The position numbers and the translations under genes were made by a program. The notes under the pieces are model-generated. The model was not told where the DNA came from and made no database searches. It saw nothing but the letters and a program-made list of their open reading frames with translations. DNA of 63,298 nucleotides, taken from NCBI GenBank assembly GCA_046261955.1, contig JBHENS010000001.1:1-63298 (forward strand), read 5' to 3'. The stretch is from Nitrososphaeraceae archaeon. Lineage in GTDB: Archaea; Thermoproteota; Nitrososphaeria; Nitrososphaerales; Nitrososphaeraceae. This document shows positions 1 through 11,141 of the stretch, piece by piece. Numbering within the stretch: position 1 is the first letter of the stretch; each line of letters opens with the position of its first letter.

Positions 1-401
1 CATTGGAACATGTATCAGTTGAAATAGGCGTTTCGGCAATAATTCTCTCGGTAGTAATAAGTCCAATTGCCGGTGAAATGCCAGAAAAAATATCATTGAT
101 GCTACTTGCCAGAAAGGGTGCGCAGGGGGTATCGATTGCAATTGCCAACGTACTTGGATCAAAGATCTTAAACAATACATTATTACTTGCATTTGCGGTA
201 TTTGGAGCCATCTATCACAGTGGCCTCAGCGCTTCTATAGATCGAAGTGAGATTTTATCACATCAAATGATATTAGCTACAGTAGTTACGTTTATTGCAG
301 TTGGTTTATTATTTAGAAGAGAAATCGGCATAAGGACAGGGTTTGTACTTTTGGTAATGTATATTGTAAGTATTGGATCGCAATTCTTTATGAATTCATA
401 A
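1..401 (+). CDS. Sodium:calcium/cation antiporter family membrane protein, 5'-truncated by the window edge
   Basis: Hydrophobic helices and alpha-repeat-like motifs (SPIAGEMPE, ANVLGSKILNNTL) typical of the CaCA/Na_Ca_ex C-terminal half. Confidence 0.65.
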   Translation, partial: LEHVSVEIGVSAIILSVVISPIAGEMPEKISLMLLARKGAQGVSIAIANVLGSKILNNTLLLAFAVFGAIYHSGLSASIDRSEILSHQMILATVVTFIAVGLLFRREIGIRTGFVLLVMYIVSIGSQFFMNS

Positions 402-477
402 CCTAGTCAAAGCTGACTCTAGCTTGTCCTGATTCCCATAAAGTAAATCTCATTTGTTCGATGATTCCGCAGAAGGG

Positions 478-1620
478 TTAACTATATGGATCTTTTGCAT
501 CTTCGGATTTGGTACTATTACTACGATCTCCCAGCAGAACAGTAAGATCCAAATAAGTCTGGTTTCTAATAACAGTCAGATTTAGCTTCTCTCCGGGCCG
601 TTTATTTTCATCTATATATGATACCAGATCCTCCATATAAGTAACGTTATGACTGTCAACCGCTGTAATTATGTCATTGCCATGTTTATCACCATATTGA
701 TCGGTAGTACTACCACGAAGTCCAGCATTATCAGCAGGTCCATCCTTAATTATTGAATCAACATAAACTCCCTTGAAGTCTCTACTCAAATTTTCAAAAT
801 TTTCTGTCAATATTGATGTTAAAGTGCTGGCAGAAACTCCCAGCCAGGGATGTGTGTAATTTCCCTTGCTAATAAGTACAGGTGCGATTTTAGATATAGT
901 GTCTGAAGGAACTGCCAAACCAATTCCAGAAAACCCTCCCGAATCTGACAGAACACCTGCGGTGTTCATTCCAATTACTTCTTCCCTGATATTAAGAAGA
1001 GGTCCTCCGGAATTACCGGGGTTAATCAATGCATCTGTTTGTATCACACTAGGAATACTAAATGGTGAACCTTCCGTTGAAATCAATCGTCCTTTCTGAC
1101 TTACGAAGCCAACAGACATCGAACCTGCAAGTCCATAAGGATTTCCTATAGCGATGACTTGATCGCCTACTTCTACTGCAGAAGAATTTCCAAGTGTCAA
1201 TGGACTAAGCTGTCCTGATATATTTTGTGAAATCTTAATCACAGCGATATCATTGAAAGGATCGCCACCTATGACAGTTGCCACGTACCTATTTCCATCA
1301 ATGAAAGTAACATCTACCTTCTCAGAATCCCTTACTACGTGATGATTAGTAATTATTCGCCCCTCCTTATCGAACACAAATCCGGATCCTAGACTGGTAA
1401 CATTTTCGTCTCCCGGGGAATCAGGAGAAGATGGTTTATTTTCTCGTGTTATTTGGACAACTGATCCTTGTACATCTTTGAAGATTTTGCTAATCGAAAC
1501 TAAGCTGGAATTTTTCTCATTTTCTGTCTGAGCGAAAATTTCCAATTTTTCTAATTGGAAAAATATACCTGGGATTATGAAGGCAATTGCTAATATGAGC
1601 ATAAATACAGGTTTGTTCAT
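478..1620 (-). CDS. HtrA/DegP-like trypsin-family serine protease with PDZ domain and N-terminal signal/anchor
   Basis: ITNHHVV (His), DIAVIK (Asp), GNSGGPL (Ser) triad; C-terminal PDZ (PWLGV, GPADNAGL). Confidence 0.92.
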   Translation of the reverse strand: MNKPVFMLILAIAFIIPGIFFQLEKLEIFAQTENEKNSSLVSISKIFKDVQGSVVQITRENKPSSPDSPGDENVTSLGSGFVFDKEGRIITNHHVVRDSEKVDVTFIDGNRYVATVIGGDPFNDIAVIKISQNISGQLSPLTLGNSSAVEVGDQVIAIGNPYGLAGSMSVGFVSQKGRLISTEGSPFSIPSVIQTDALINPGNSGGPLLNIREEVIGMNTAGVLSDSGGFSGIGLAVPSDTISKIAPVLISKGNYTHPWLGVSASTLTSILTENFENLSRDFKGVYVDSIIKDGPADNAGLRGSTTDQYGDKHGNDIITAVDSHNVTYMEDLVSYIDENKRPGEKLNLTVIRNQTYLDLTVLLGDRSNSTKSEDAKDPYS

Positions 1621-1801
1621 AAGAAAAACCCATTAATGAAATCATATAGACTTTTCTATCGACTTATTTCCAGAAGGTATTTGAAATCAAATACGAACAA
1701 TCTTTAAAAATGAGTTGGTCATCTAAGTTGGTTTCCTGCCTACGAGTAGTTCATTTGGTTCAATTGGATAATAAAACGATTGGATTGATAAGGATATCCC
1801 A

Positions 1802-2110
1802 TTATCTCATATCGGTCTTTTGGTAATTTTCAGTCAACTTTATTTTTAGTTCGTCTAACTGATCAGATGCCCACTTAACAAAACCATCAGTCATTTCCTG
1901 GGGTATTTTTCTTTTTTCAGCGAGTACTAGATAACCTTCAAAGATCTTCGCATATATAGTATTACATACCATCATGTTTGCCAATGCATCAGAAACAAAG
2001 TCATCGCTCTTACTCTCTAGAAAATTCCTCTTAAAAAGATCCAAAAGGGTCTTAGTGCGTCTATCTATCTCATTTTGATCCATTCTATTAGTCAATGTGA
2101 ATTTACTCAT
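1802..2110 (-). CDS. Hypothetical helical protein
   Basis: 102-aa ATG-started ORF filling an intergenic gap; no recognised motif. Confidence 0.55.
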   Translation of the reverse strand: MSKFTLTNRMDQNEIDRRTKTLLDLFKRNFLESKSDDFVSDALANMMVCNTIYAKIFEGYLVLAEKRKIPQEMTDGFVKWASDQLDELKIKLTENYQKTDMR

Positions 2111-2258
2111 AATCCAACACAGTTACCTTGACATTCAATTATTAAAATATTCATACATGAAATTTCTTAATTTGTAATTAAGTATCGTATTTGGGTTGGC
2201 ATCAATCTCGATTATTGAAAACAGCAATTTAATATAATTAGTAATTTCACAATTTGTA

Positions 2259-3188
2259 ATGTTTACTCGAATTGTTTCATTTCTTCCAAGTGCAACAGAG
2301 GTTCTTTATTTGTTGGAATGTCAGGATTCATTATATGGTGTTACCCACCAATGTAATTTTCCTTCTGAAGCAAGAAACAAGCCTCAGGTCATAAAGTCAG
2401 TTTTTGATTCCGAATCAATGACAAGTTTACAAATAGAAGAAAAAATCCAGGAACTTGCAAAGTTACAAAATGATTTTTTTATAATAAACTATGACATGTT
2501 GAAAAAAATACAGCCGGACCTTATCATATCTCAGGGATTATGTGATGTATGTTCACCTCACAATAAAGAATTGGATAAAGTAATTCAATTCTTGGATGAT
2601 AAAACGGATACCCTAGTGCTTGATCCGCATACAGTCTATGATATATTGCAAAATATTATAGATATTGCTAAGAAGGTTGGGAAGGAGACTGAAGGTTTAG
2701 AAATTAAAACTTCTCTGATAAAAAGATTTGAAAATATTGCTACAGCGAGTAAAGATAAAAAACCAAGAGTAATTTGTCTGGAATGGTTTGATCCATTTTA
2801 CATATGTGGACACTGGGTTCCTCAAATGGTAGAAATCTCTGGAGGCATCAATGGAATCAGTAAGACTGGAGAGCGTTCTCATAAAATAGAGTTATCCCAA
2901 ATATCTCAGTTCGATCCTGACATAATGATTCTTCTACCTTGTGGATTTAACCTTGATAGGATATTGCAAGAATACGGGTCTCTACAAAGAAATCCAGATT
3001 GGAATTCTTTAAGAGCGGTTCAAAATGACATGGTATTTGCGGCAGATGCCCTGTCGTATTTTAGCAGACCCAGCCCAAGAATCATTACTGGTATTGAGAT
3101 TCTCGCCAAAATTATCAATCCACATTCATTTGCAAATTTGGTTGTTCCAATAAACTCGTACTGTAGATTGAATAAGGAATCTCATTAA
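2259..3188 (+). CDS. BtuF/TroA-like (helical backbone) cobalamin/metal-binding protein
   Basis: RIVSFLPSATEVL start, QPDLII, EWFDP, FSRPSPR motifs of the Peripla_BP_2 family. Confidence 0.8.
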   Translation: MFTRIVSFLPSATEVLYLLECQDSLYGVTHQCNFPSEARNKPQVIKSVFDSESMTSLQIEEKIQELAKLQNDFFIINYDMLKKIQPDLIISQGLCDVCSPHNKELDKVIQFLDDKTDTLVLDPHTVYDILQNIIDIAKKVGKETEGLEIKTSLIKRFENIATASKDKKPRVICLEWFDPFYICGHWVPQMVEISGGINGISKTGERSHKIELSQISQFDPDIMILLPCGFNLDRILQEYGSLQRNPDWNSLRAVQNDMVFAADALSYFSRPSPRIITGIEILAKIINPHSFANLVVPINSYCRLNKESH

Positions 3189-3214
3189 ATAATCAAAAGA
3201 AAACAAGACTATCG

Positions 3215-3523
3215 TTACGTTAAGGAAACTTCGATATAAACATCGTCGGGAATTTTCAATCGCATTAATTGTCTGATTGATCTATCGTCTGCGCCTAGAT
3301 CTATCACACGTCTGTGAATCCTTAGTTCATACTTATCCCAGGTATTGGTACCTTGCCCGCAAGGCGATTTTCTCGTAACGACTTTCATCTTCTTAGTTGG
3401 AAGTGGATGTGGCCCTCTAAATTTAATTCCATTTTTTTCGCCTATTCCTTTTATCTCATGGCATACATTTTCTAGCATAACGAGATTGGTACTTGTTAAT
3501 TTAATACGGGCTTCCTGAGTCAT
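3215..3523 (-). CDS. rpsJ: 30S ribosomal protein S10 (uS10)
   Basis: ARIKL, GPHPLPTK, RKSPCGQG, RIHRRVID; ATG at 3523 preferred over GTG at 3535. Confidence 0.97.
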   Translation of the reverse strand: MTQEARIKLTSTNLVMLENVCHEIKGIGEKNGIKFRGPHPLPTKKMKVVTRKSPCGQGTNTWDKYELRIHRRVIDLGADDRSIRQLMRLKIPDDVYIEVSLT

Positions 3524-3531
3524 TAACAGGC

Positions 3532-4848
3532 TCACTTTTTGGCACTTGGGTCGTATTTTTCTATAATAGACTTTACGACACCAGCAGCTATTGTTGTTCC
3601 CATATCTCTTAACGCAAATCTACCAATTTCCGGAAATTCTTTGAATGTTTCTATAGCAAGAGGTCTAACTGGTTTTATTCTCACAATTGCTGCATCACCA
3701 GTCTTTAGAAACTTTGGTTTTTCTTCGACAGCTCCACCAGTTTTTGGATCGATTTTGGCTACAAATTCAGACAGGGTGGCTGCAACTTGTGCAGTATGGG
3801 CATGAAGTACAGGTGTATATCCAGGAGCCATTGCTGTAGGATGGTGAATAATTATTATTTGTGCTTCAAATTCTCTTGCAGCATTGGGTGGATTGTCTAC
3901 AGGTCCAATCACATCTCCGCGCTTGATTGATTTTTTATCCACACCTCTGAGGTTGAACCCAATATTATCACCAGATTCTGCAGATTCCATCTGGGTATGA
4001 TGAGTTTCTATTGACTTTACTTCTCCAGTCACGCCTGAAGGCATTACAATAACCTTTTGATTAGCCTTTAGAACTCCTGTCTCAACTCTGCCAACTGGTA
4101 CTGTACCAACCCCCGTGATGGAATAAACATCTTGAATCGGTATCCTGAGTGGTTTTCCTAATGGTTTTTCTGGAGGTTCGAATAGATCGAGTGTTTCGGC
4201 TAAAGTAGGTCCCTTGTACCAGGGCATATTTTCTGATTTCTTGACCAGGTTATCGCCTTTCCAGCCTGAAACAGGTATAAAGCTTATTTTTGAAACATTA
4301 TAACCTACCAATTTTAACATTTTTTCCACTATTTCCTTAACTTCATTATAGCGTGCTTCCGAATATCCTGAATCGTCCATTTTGTTCAATGCAACTACAA
4401 TTTGTCCTACTCCAAGTGTCCTTGACAAGAATGCATGTTCTCTAGCTTGTCCGCCTGGATCAGTAGCCGCCTCAGTCTCACCTGGCTTTACCGATACCAC
4501 TAGAACTGCAACGTCCGCTTCGGATGCTCCTGTTATCATATTCTTGATAAAATCTCTGTGACCAGGAGCGTCGATCAAGGTGTAAAAGTATTTAGAAGTT
4601 TCAAATTTTTGGAATGCCAGATCTATTGTAATACCTCTTTCTCGCTCATCCTTTATGCTATCTAACACCCAAGCGTACTTGAAAGTATCACCTTTTCCTG
4701 TTTCTTCAGATTCCTTGGCAAATGAATCAATAGTTCTTTGATCAATGATTCCCATATCCACTAATAAATGACCCACAATAGTCGATTTACCATTATCAAC
4801 GTGTCCCACAACGACAAGATTCATGTGGGGTTTTTTACTTGCGCTCAT
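3532..4848 (-). CDS. tuf: Translation elongation factor EF-1alpha
   Basis: GHVDNGKST, ERERGITID, DAPGHRDF, NKMD. Confidence 0.99.
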   Translation of the reverse strand: MSASKKPHMNLVVVGHVDNGKSTIVGHLLVDMGIIDQRTIDSFAKESEETGKGDTFKYAWVLDSIKDERERGITIDLAFQKFETSKYFYTLIDAPGHRDFIKNMITGASEADVAVLVVSVKPGETEAATDPGGQAREHAFLSRTLGVGQIVVALNKMDDSGYSEARYNEVKEIVEKMLKLVGYNVSKISFIPVSGWKGDNLVKKSENMPWYKGPTLAETLDLFEPPEKPLGKPLRIPIQDVYSITGVGTVPVGRVETGVLKANQKVIVMPSGVTGEVKSIETHHTQMESAESGDNIGFNLRGVDKKSIKRGDVIGPVDNPPNAAREFEAQIIIIHHPTAMAPGYTPVLHAHTAQVAATLSEFVAKIDPKTGGAVEEKPKFLKTGDAAIVRIKPVRPLAIETFKEFPEIGRFALRDMGTTIAAGVVKSIIEKYDPSAKK

Positions 4849-4976
4849 TAGATTAAAAGCGATAATAGGGCTTTATTTGTATTTCGTTAAATACGAAGTA
4901 ACAAATCCTACCAATCAAAGGCTGTTGGTTACTAGTCGAGATACTAGATATTGCCTTCATTTGCTTTTTTGAATAT

Positions 4977-5318
4977 CTATACCCTGTCATAGTCGTCTTC
5001 GATTCTGACAATATCGTTTTCATCGAAGCTGCCATAAGAAATTTCTAAAACAGTACAACCAGAACTACTTGCCTGAATTCTGTGCTTTGCACCAGATGGA
5101 ATTATAATATTGTCCCCTTCACTGATGGATGATTTCTTGTTCTGAACTTCAACCGTACCCGAACCCTTAACTATTTTCCAAAACTCCTTTCGATTATTAT
5201 GATATTGGAGACTCAACCGTGACCCAGGTTTTATGTAAAGTAATTTTACGGTGCATTGTTCATTCTCGTTGAATTTTTCAAATGATCCCCATGGCCGTTT
5301 TTCCGAGTAAACTTCCAC
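4977..5318 (-). CDS. Mannose-6-phosphate isomerase type II C-terminal cupin domain protein
   Basis: RPWGSF, LSLQYH..R.E.W, EISYG...ENDIVRIEDDY. Confidence 0.88.
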   Translation of the reverse strand: MEVYSEKRPWGSFEKFNENEQCTVKLLYIKPGSRLSLQYHNNRKEFWKIVKGSGTVEVQNKKSSISEGDNIIIPSGAKHRIQASSSGCTVLEISYGSFDENDIVRIEDDYDRV

Positions 5319-5656
5319 AAAAAAAACAATGGAAAAGTATAATTTAATTATTGTTATATTATTTATAGTAAAAAATATCCAACAATTGCTTTGATTTATA
5401 AATATTGCCTAAATCGTCAAGGAGTATTTGTAATAATCATGGCGATTGAAAAGGATTGATAATGGAGGAGGAAGTATTGAAAAATTTCTGTTCCCGTAAT
5501 TGTCATGATAGCAGTTCATAAATCTACAGAATCGCAGGATTATTTTCAAATCAGAAATACATATCTATCCAAGAAGATGAATCAATAAATAACTGGTGTA
5601 GGAAACATCGGTAATTAGTACCTTGCCATTATTCCTAGTTTTGGGAACAATATTTC

Positions 5657-8600
5657 CTACTGTACAGAAATAAGGATTTTTCTGCCATCTATATCAATTT
5701 CCTTGTATTCAATGTCCTCTAATTTGTTAGAAGTTATGATTACCTGTTTTACTCTTACATAGTACGCCAATTCATTTTTATGGTTTTCAAGTGACAATAA
5801 ATCATCTGAATCTAGATTTGAAATATTTGCAGATGATAGTATTTCTGTAGGAACAAAACCCCTTTCCTTTCTCAGTTGTTGTATATTTCTTGCAATATCC
5901 TTCATAAGGCCCATTGAAATCAATTCGCTACTTCTAGTGGTATCAATAAATACTGCGATATTTTCCTGCTCAGATTCCATCATTATATATGGTGTTTTTC
6001 CAGTATATGAAAACTCCACATCGTCTCGTGACAACTCTATTTCACCAGACATGTACTTTAGATTGAAATTACTTTTTGAATTTAATTGGTCAAACAGATC
6101 ATCATAATTAACTTGGTTAAATGATTGTAGGGCATTTTTTAAACCGTTCTTTAATCTAGGAGCAATCTTATTTACTTTCAGCTTGGCACTCAGGCTAACA
6201 AGATTCTCCCTATGCAGAAAATTAATTTTTTCAAACAAATTACTAAAATTTACTACTTTAATATCTATAGACATGGTATTGAGTTGTTTCTTCAATATTT
6301 CTGATAATCCGCTTGATTCAAGAAGATTTCTATCGTGAGTACAAATTACAACTTTATTAATGGGCCATCTTCTTTTAAATTTCGCCTTCATTCTGGCTGC
6401 ATTAACCAAAGAAATAACTTGTTTCGATTTGTCAATAGTATTTTCAATTTCATTATTTACCAAGTTGGTATTAATTTTTGGCCATGATTCGAGCAGAACT
6501 AAATCTTTATGTTTGAAACATAACAAATACAAATAATTTGTGATGTAAGGACAATACGAATGAAGCAGTATGTCAATTATTGATAGTGTATATCCAAGTA
6601 CCGCATATATCATATTCCTTCTCTCTATTGTTTCCATATTGTCATCCCATATGTCATCCCTCGTCATAGGAACATAAGTTTGGCTGAGGTTATTAATTAT
6701 GAATTCTTCCAATTCCTTTGCTCCTTCGTTTAACTTACAGGAATCTAACGATAAAGTTACTGTTTTAATCAACGATTGTAATTTGGATAAAATCCACGCT
6801 TCAGTCATAGTAAAATTGTTACTTTTTATGATGGAGTCTAGGTCAATATTCTTGGTATCAAATTTGTCATATGTACTATTCTGAATCAAGTATACATGTA
6901 GGTAATAAAGAGTACTTAGCACCTGATATGGTCTAGCCCCCATTTCATTTAGGCTAAAGCTTAGAGATTCAATGGGTGAAGACTTCCACATGAAATAGAA
7001 TCTTATTGCATCAACCGAATTGTCGATTAGAAGTTTGTTAGCGTCCAATACATTGCCCTGACTCTTACTCATTTTATTTCCCTTTTCATCTAATATATGT
7101 CCCTGAAATAGAAACGATTCAAACGGTGATTGGTCCTTGTTTTGCATTATTACATTTTCCATGAGTAAAGTATATGCCCACCCCCTTGTCTGATCTATTC
7201 CTTCGGTCAGAAATTCAGCCGGTATCAAATCATTGTATTCATCATCCGAAAATGCAGCATAAGGCGATGCACCGCTGTTATGCCAAGTATCCAGAACGAA
7301 GGGTTCTCGAATCATAGGGATGTTGCATTTTGAGCAATTAATCTCGATATTATCTATCCACGGTCGATGCAATTCAAATTGTTCTCCGTCAGGCAACTTT
7401 GATGCTCTCTTGATAATTTCATCTCGGGAAAACAAAGGCTCTTTTAAACCACATTTGGTGCAGTTCCATATTGGAAGAGGAGTACCCCAAACCCTTTCCC
7501 TCGATATACACCAAGGTACCTGTTCCTTTATGATTTCCACAAATCTATTTTTTGGAGATTCAAAAAAGAAATTAACATTTGAAACAGCATTCATTGGTTT
7601 ATCATCAAGTTTATCAATCATGTAAAAATATTCACGCCTTGCAAGCCAGACAAGTTTGTGATTCGAACGCCAACAGGTTGGATACTGATGTTTGATTCTA
7701 CCCAACTTCAAATAAGCTCCTGCTACCTTCATTTTTTCGACAACCAAAAGATCCGCGTCGCGTACAAATATTCCGTTAAATATGCCTGCCTTTTCAGTAA
7801 ATTCCACTTTATCATTAATTGGCACAAATATTGGAACGTCCCGTTTAACAGCTATATCAAAATCCTCTTGACCGTTTGCAGGTGACAAATGAACTATTCC
7901 GCTACCAGTACTTGCATCGACGAAATTTTCTGCAACTACAAAATGTACTTTCTTGTCGTCACTTAGTTCCTTTAGTCCAGGTATCATCGCTAATAGTGGA
8001 TGGAGGTAACTTTTGCCATCCAATTCTGCGCCTTTAATGACCTTTTCAACAGCAAAATTTTGAATTTTAAGTTCATTCATCAAATCATTTAACCTGTCAT
8101 ATCCAACTATCCACTTTTCATTTTCAATTGAAACAAAGACATAATCGGCCTCAGGATTAACGCCAATCAACTCATCAGTTACTAAAGTGAACGGCATAGT
8201 TGTCCACACAACTAGAAAAGTGTTCTCTTCCTTTAGCTTCATTTTGTAATAAAAAGATGGATCCTCTAGAATTTTGTAGCCCTGGTTAACCTCTGCGTTG
8301 CTCAATGAAGTTTGACAGGAAGGGCAGTATGCGACTACTCTAAACCATTCTTTAAGAATTCCCAGTTCCCAAGCTTTTTTGAGTACTTGCCATTCCCTTT
8401 CGATGTATGCATCTTTAAAAGTCCAATACGCCTTTTCGTAATCAAACGACATGCCAAGAAGGGCGTCAACTTTGATCCATTTTTCAGCATTAGTTTTGAT
8501 TAGATCCTTACATGCCTCTACAATTCTTGGGATACCAACCTTTTTGAGGTTTTCAGCTTTACTGCCAGTTAATCCCAAATTTTTTTCTGCTTGTAGTTCT

Positions 8601-8872
8601 ACTGGTAAACCTTGGGTGTCCCAGCCTGCTCGGAATACAACTTTATGTTTTTGCAGAGTTTTATATCTGAACCATAGATCTTTGATGATACGTCCTCTAA
8701 GATGGCCCACATGTGGTTCCCCATTTAGGGTAGGTGGCCCCTCAACAAACCCAAGTGTTTTTTTGTAAGATGTTAACTCCTTGTCAATTACTGATTGTAT
8801 ATCAATCTTATCAAGGTATGAATTAATCTGAATTTCAATTTCCTTTGGATCATATTTTGCTTCTAATTTCAT
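5657..8872 (-). CDS. ileS: Isoleucine--tRNA ligase
   Basis: EGPPTLNG.PHVGH (HIGH), GWDTQGLPVE, WTTMP, EGIDQTRGW, KMSKS. Confidence 0.97.
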   Translation of the reverse strand: MKLEAKYDPKEIEIQINSYLDKIDIQSVIDKELTSYKKTLGFVEGPPTLNGEPHVGHLRGRIIKDLWFRYKTLQKHKVVFRAGWDTQGLPVELQAEKNLGLTGSKAENLKKVGIPRIVEACKDLIKTNAEKWIKVDALLGMSFDYEKAYWTFKDAYIEREWQVLKKAWELGILKEWFRVVAYCPSCQTSLSNAEVNQGYKILEDPSFYYKMKLKEENTFLVVWTTMPFTLVTDELIGVNPEADYVFVSIENEKWIVGYDRLNDLMNELKIQNFAVEKVIKGAELDGKSYLHPLLAMIPGLKELSDDKKVHFVVAENFVDASTGSGIVHLSPANGQEDFDIAVKRDVPIFVPINDKVEFTEKAGIFNGIFVRDADLLVVEKMKVAGAYLKLGRIKHQYPTCWRSNHKLVWLARREYFYMIDKLDDKPMNAVSNVNFFFESPKNRFVEIIKEQVPWCISRERVWGTPLPIWNCTKCGLKEPLFSRDEIIKRASKLPDGEQFELHRPWIDNIEINCSKCNIPMIREPFVLDTWHNSGASPYAAFSDDEYNDLIPAEFLTEGIDQTRGWAYTLLMENVIMQNKDQSPFESFLFQGHILDEKGNKMSKSQGNVLDANKLLIDNSVDAIRFYFMWKSSPIESLSFSLNEMGARPYQVLSTLYYLHVYLIQNSTYDKFDTKNIDLDSIIKSNNFTMTEAWILSKLQSLIKTVTLSLDSCKLNEGAKELEEFIINNLSQTYVPMTRDDIWDDNMETIERRNMIYAVLGYTLSIIDILLHSYCPYITNYLYLLCFKHKDLVLLESWPKINTNLVNNEIENTIDKSKQVISLVNAARMKAKFKRRWPINKVVICTHDRNLLESSGLSEILKKQLNTMSIDIKVVNFSNLFEKINFLHRENLVSLSAKLKVNKIAPRLKNGLKNALQSFNQVNYDDLFDQLNSKSNFNLKYMSGEIELSRDDVEFSYTGKTPYIMMESEQENIAVFIDTTRSSELISMGLMKDIARNIQQLRKERGFVPTEILSSANISNLDSDDLLSLENHKNELAYYVRVKQVIITSNKLEDIEYKEIDIDGRKILISVQ

Positions 8873-9029
8873 TAGTGCGAACGTCAGTTCTATTTTCTCT
8901 TTTATAATTTTATCAAATATCTGTCTTAATTTGTTCTTTTTTGAAAATCATTAGTTATTCTAAATGGTAAATTCAATTAATCTATCTAGAACCTTTTCGA
9001 ATATAAGTAGCGCCTATTTAGAAGATAGC

Positions 9030-9569
9030 ATGACAACAAATCAAGGAATTGGTTCTATTAAGCAGTCACCCGATCAGTGCACAGTAATGATTGAAATCCC
9101 AAAGGGCAGTAATATTAAATATGAATATGATACAGAGAGTGGTTTTATCTTAGTTGACAGGAAATTGTTTACTGCAATGTATTATCCATGTAATTATGGA
9201 TTCATACCAAACACACTTGAGAAAGATGGAGATCCCGTAGATGTTCTAGTACTAGGAGAAACTCCGTTAGCGCCATTATCTCTAATAAAAGTAATACCCG
9301 TAGGCGTACTACAGACTGAGGATGAAGAAGGTCAAGATTCAAAAATAGTAGCCATACCGACATCCAAAATTGATCCTAGTTTCTCAACTGTTCAAGATAT
9401 CGAAGATGTGCCACAACATCTGAAGGACCAGATAAAACATTTTTTTGAACACTACAAAGAACTGGAAAAAGGAAAATTTGTGAAAATATCAGGATGGGAA
9501 GGAAAAGAGTCTGCAGTAAGAAAAATAACTGAGGGAATTAGCAGCTATCAAGAAGAAAGCACGAGTTAA
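9030..9569 (+). CDS. ppa: Inorganic pyrophosphatase (family I)
   Basis: [27 protein letters not shown]; start at ATG 9030 is inferred (ORF is open from 8964). Confidence 0.95.
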   Translation: MTTNQGIGSIKQSPDQCTVMIEIPKGSNIKYEYDTESGFILVDRKLFTAMYYPCNYGFIPNTLEKDGDPVDVLVLGETPLAPLSLIKVIPVGVLQTEDEEGQDSKIVAIPTSKIDPSFSTVQDIEDVPQHLKDQIKHFFEHYKELEKGKFVKISGWEGKESAVRKITEGISSYQEESTS

Positions 9570-10795
9570 AGAGCTTTAAACTGCTCACTCCATCTAAGAT
9601 ATGCTCGAATCATGTCCATGCTTACACTGGGTTTTCTCATTTTTAGAATTTCCTTAAAATCTAGTTCCGTAATGGATCGAGTATTTGCATCGCTATCTAA
9701 TCCCTTTCCACTTTGGAATAGTTCATCCACTACGCGCAATTGAGCAGATTGACATATGTCCTTGACATCGCTCCCGCTGTAACCATCAGATAGCTTTGCC
9801 AAATCTTCTATCTTTAAGGAAGATTCCATTTGCAGCCTTCTTGTATATTGGTCAAATAGGTGAATTCTAGATTCCCTGTTTGGTAGAGAAACATAAATCC
9901 TTTTTTGAAATCTTCTAAGAAAACCTGCTTCTAAACTCCATGGTTTGTTAGTTGCACCAATGACATACAATTTTGATTCCTTTGATTTTCCATTTATGCC
10001 ATCCATTTCTGTAAGGAATTGATTTTTTACTCTAACTTCACCCCCGACCTCACCATTTCTATTACCTAAAAGAGAATCTATTTCATCAACAAAAATCAGA
10101 ACAGGAACACCTTCACTGTCGTGTAACTTACGTGCCATTGAAAATAATTTTGAAACATTTTTTTCCGCCTCTCCCAACCATTTACTCATCATCGAAGCTG
10201 CATCAACATTAATGAAATAGCCTTCGATTTCAGCCGCGGCAGCTGCTGCGAGTAGCGTCTTTCCACAACCAGGAGGTCCAAAAAGTAGAATCCCCCGTGC
10301 CCATCCTAAAGGAAGTAGATCAGGTCTTATAGTGGGATAAACTATAGATTCTCTCATTGCCCTCTTCGCATCCTCCAAACCAACCACTTCATTCCATGAT
10401 ACCTTCGGTTTGTCAGTCATCAGCATCTCTTCGAAGTACAAGCTGCATCCTCCGCTCGGTTCGTTCCTTTTCTTTGCTGATTGCATGTTGTTAAGTATTG
10501 AATTTGGCGAATTTGCAGCTTTTTGATCAATATGTCCCACTTTATTAATATCAGAATCATAAAGTGGATTAGACATTTGCAGTGCCTTGATTCTATTTTG
10601 ATAAGAGCTTGCTCGTTCCATGTAAATTTTATTCAACTTGTAATCAGGGTAGATTTGTACTAACTTGACTAATGCTTCAACAGCCCTCTGATAAGCGTTA
10701 ATTGCGTGCCCATTGGAACCTTCCGAATCCAATCTAATTGCCTCAGCAGCATATTTACTAGCACTATTCTCTAGTTCCTGTGGAGCTAAACTCAT
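9566..10795 (-). CDS. cdvC: Vps4-like MIT-domain AAA ATPase, cell division protein CdvC
   Basis: N-terminal MIT domain (AAEAIRLD...YQRAVEAL), [32 protein letters not shown]. Confidence 0.92.
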   Translation of the reverse strand: MSLAPQELENSASKYAAEAIRLDSEGSNGHAINAYQRAVEALVKLVQIYPDYKLNKIYMERASSYQNRIKALQMSNPLYDSDINKVGHIDQKAANSPNSILNNMQSAKKRNEPSGGCSLYFEEMLMTDKPKVSWNEVVGLEDAKRAMRESIVYPTIRPDLLPLGWARGILLFGPPGCGKTLLAAAAAAEIEGYFINVDAASMMSKWLGEAEKNVSKLFSMARKLHDSEGVPVLIFVDEIDSLLGNRNGEVGGEVRVKNQFLTEMDGINGKSKESKLYVIGATNKPWSLEAGFLRRFQKRIYVSLPNRESRIHLFDQYTRRLQMESSLKIEDLAKLSDGYSGSDVKDICQSAQLRVVDELFQSGKGLDSDANTRSITELDFKEILKMRKPSVSMDMIRAYLRWSEQFKAL

Positions 10796-11141
10796 ATGTT
10801 CATACAAATTCAGAGTATTCCTTTGAATTACTGCATTGTGAATCTATATTGGTCAAGGGACAAAATAAATTGAACAAAGACTAAAAAAAACTGGCATAGT
10901 TTTGTCCAAAAGTATGAAAAAACATACAGCATCTACCTCAAAGTAATATTTTGATTTGGAGTAACCATCCTTTAATCAATAAATTTCATCTTGGAGTTAC
11001 GTAATGTTATTGAATTTTAAGAAAATCCTAGATTAAATCATCTATCTGGTACTATGATGATATTTCAGCTTTACATTTTTTTTTGTTTTGTCCAATCAAA
11101 TTGACATCTTGCTTTACGTCCAAAATGTAAAAAAAGTGTAC

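Noticed and set aside
5319-5656. Intergenic gap between the cupin gene and ileS
   Set aside because: Only very short ORFs and no convincing repeat or structure.
11053-11105. ATGATGA as a C/D-box sRNA C box
   Set aside because: No properly spaced CTGA D box, and the downstream sequence is poly-T.
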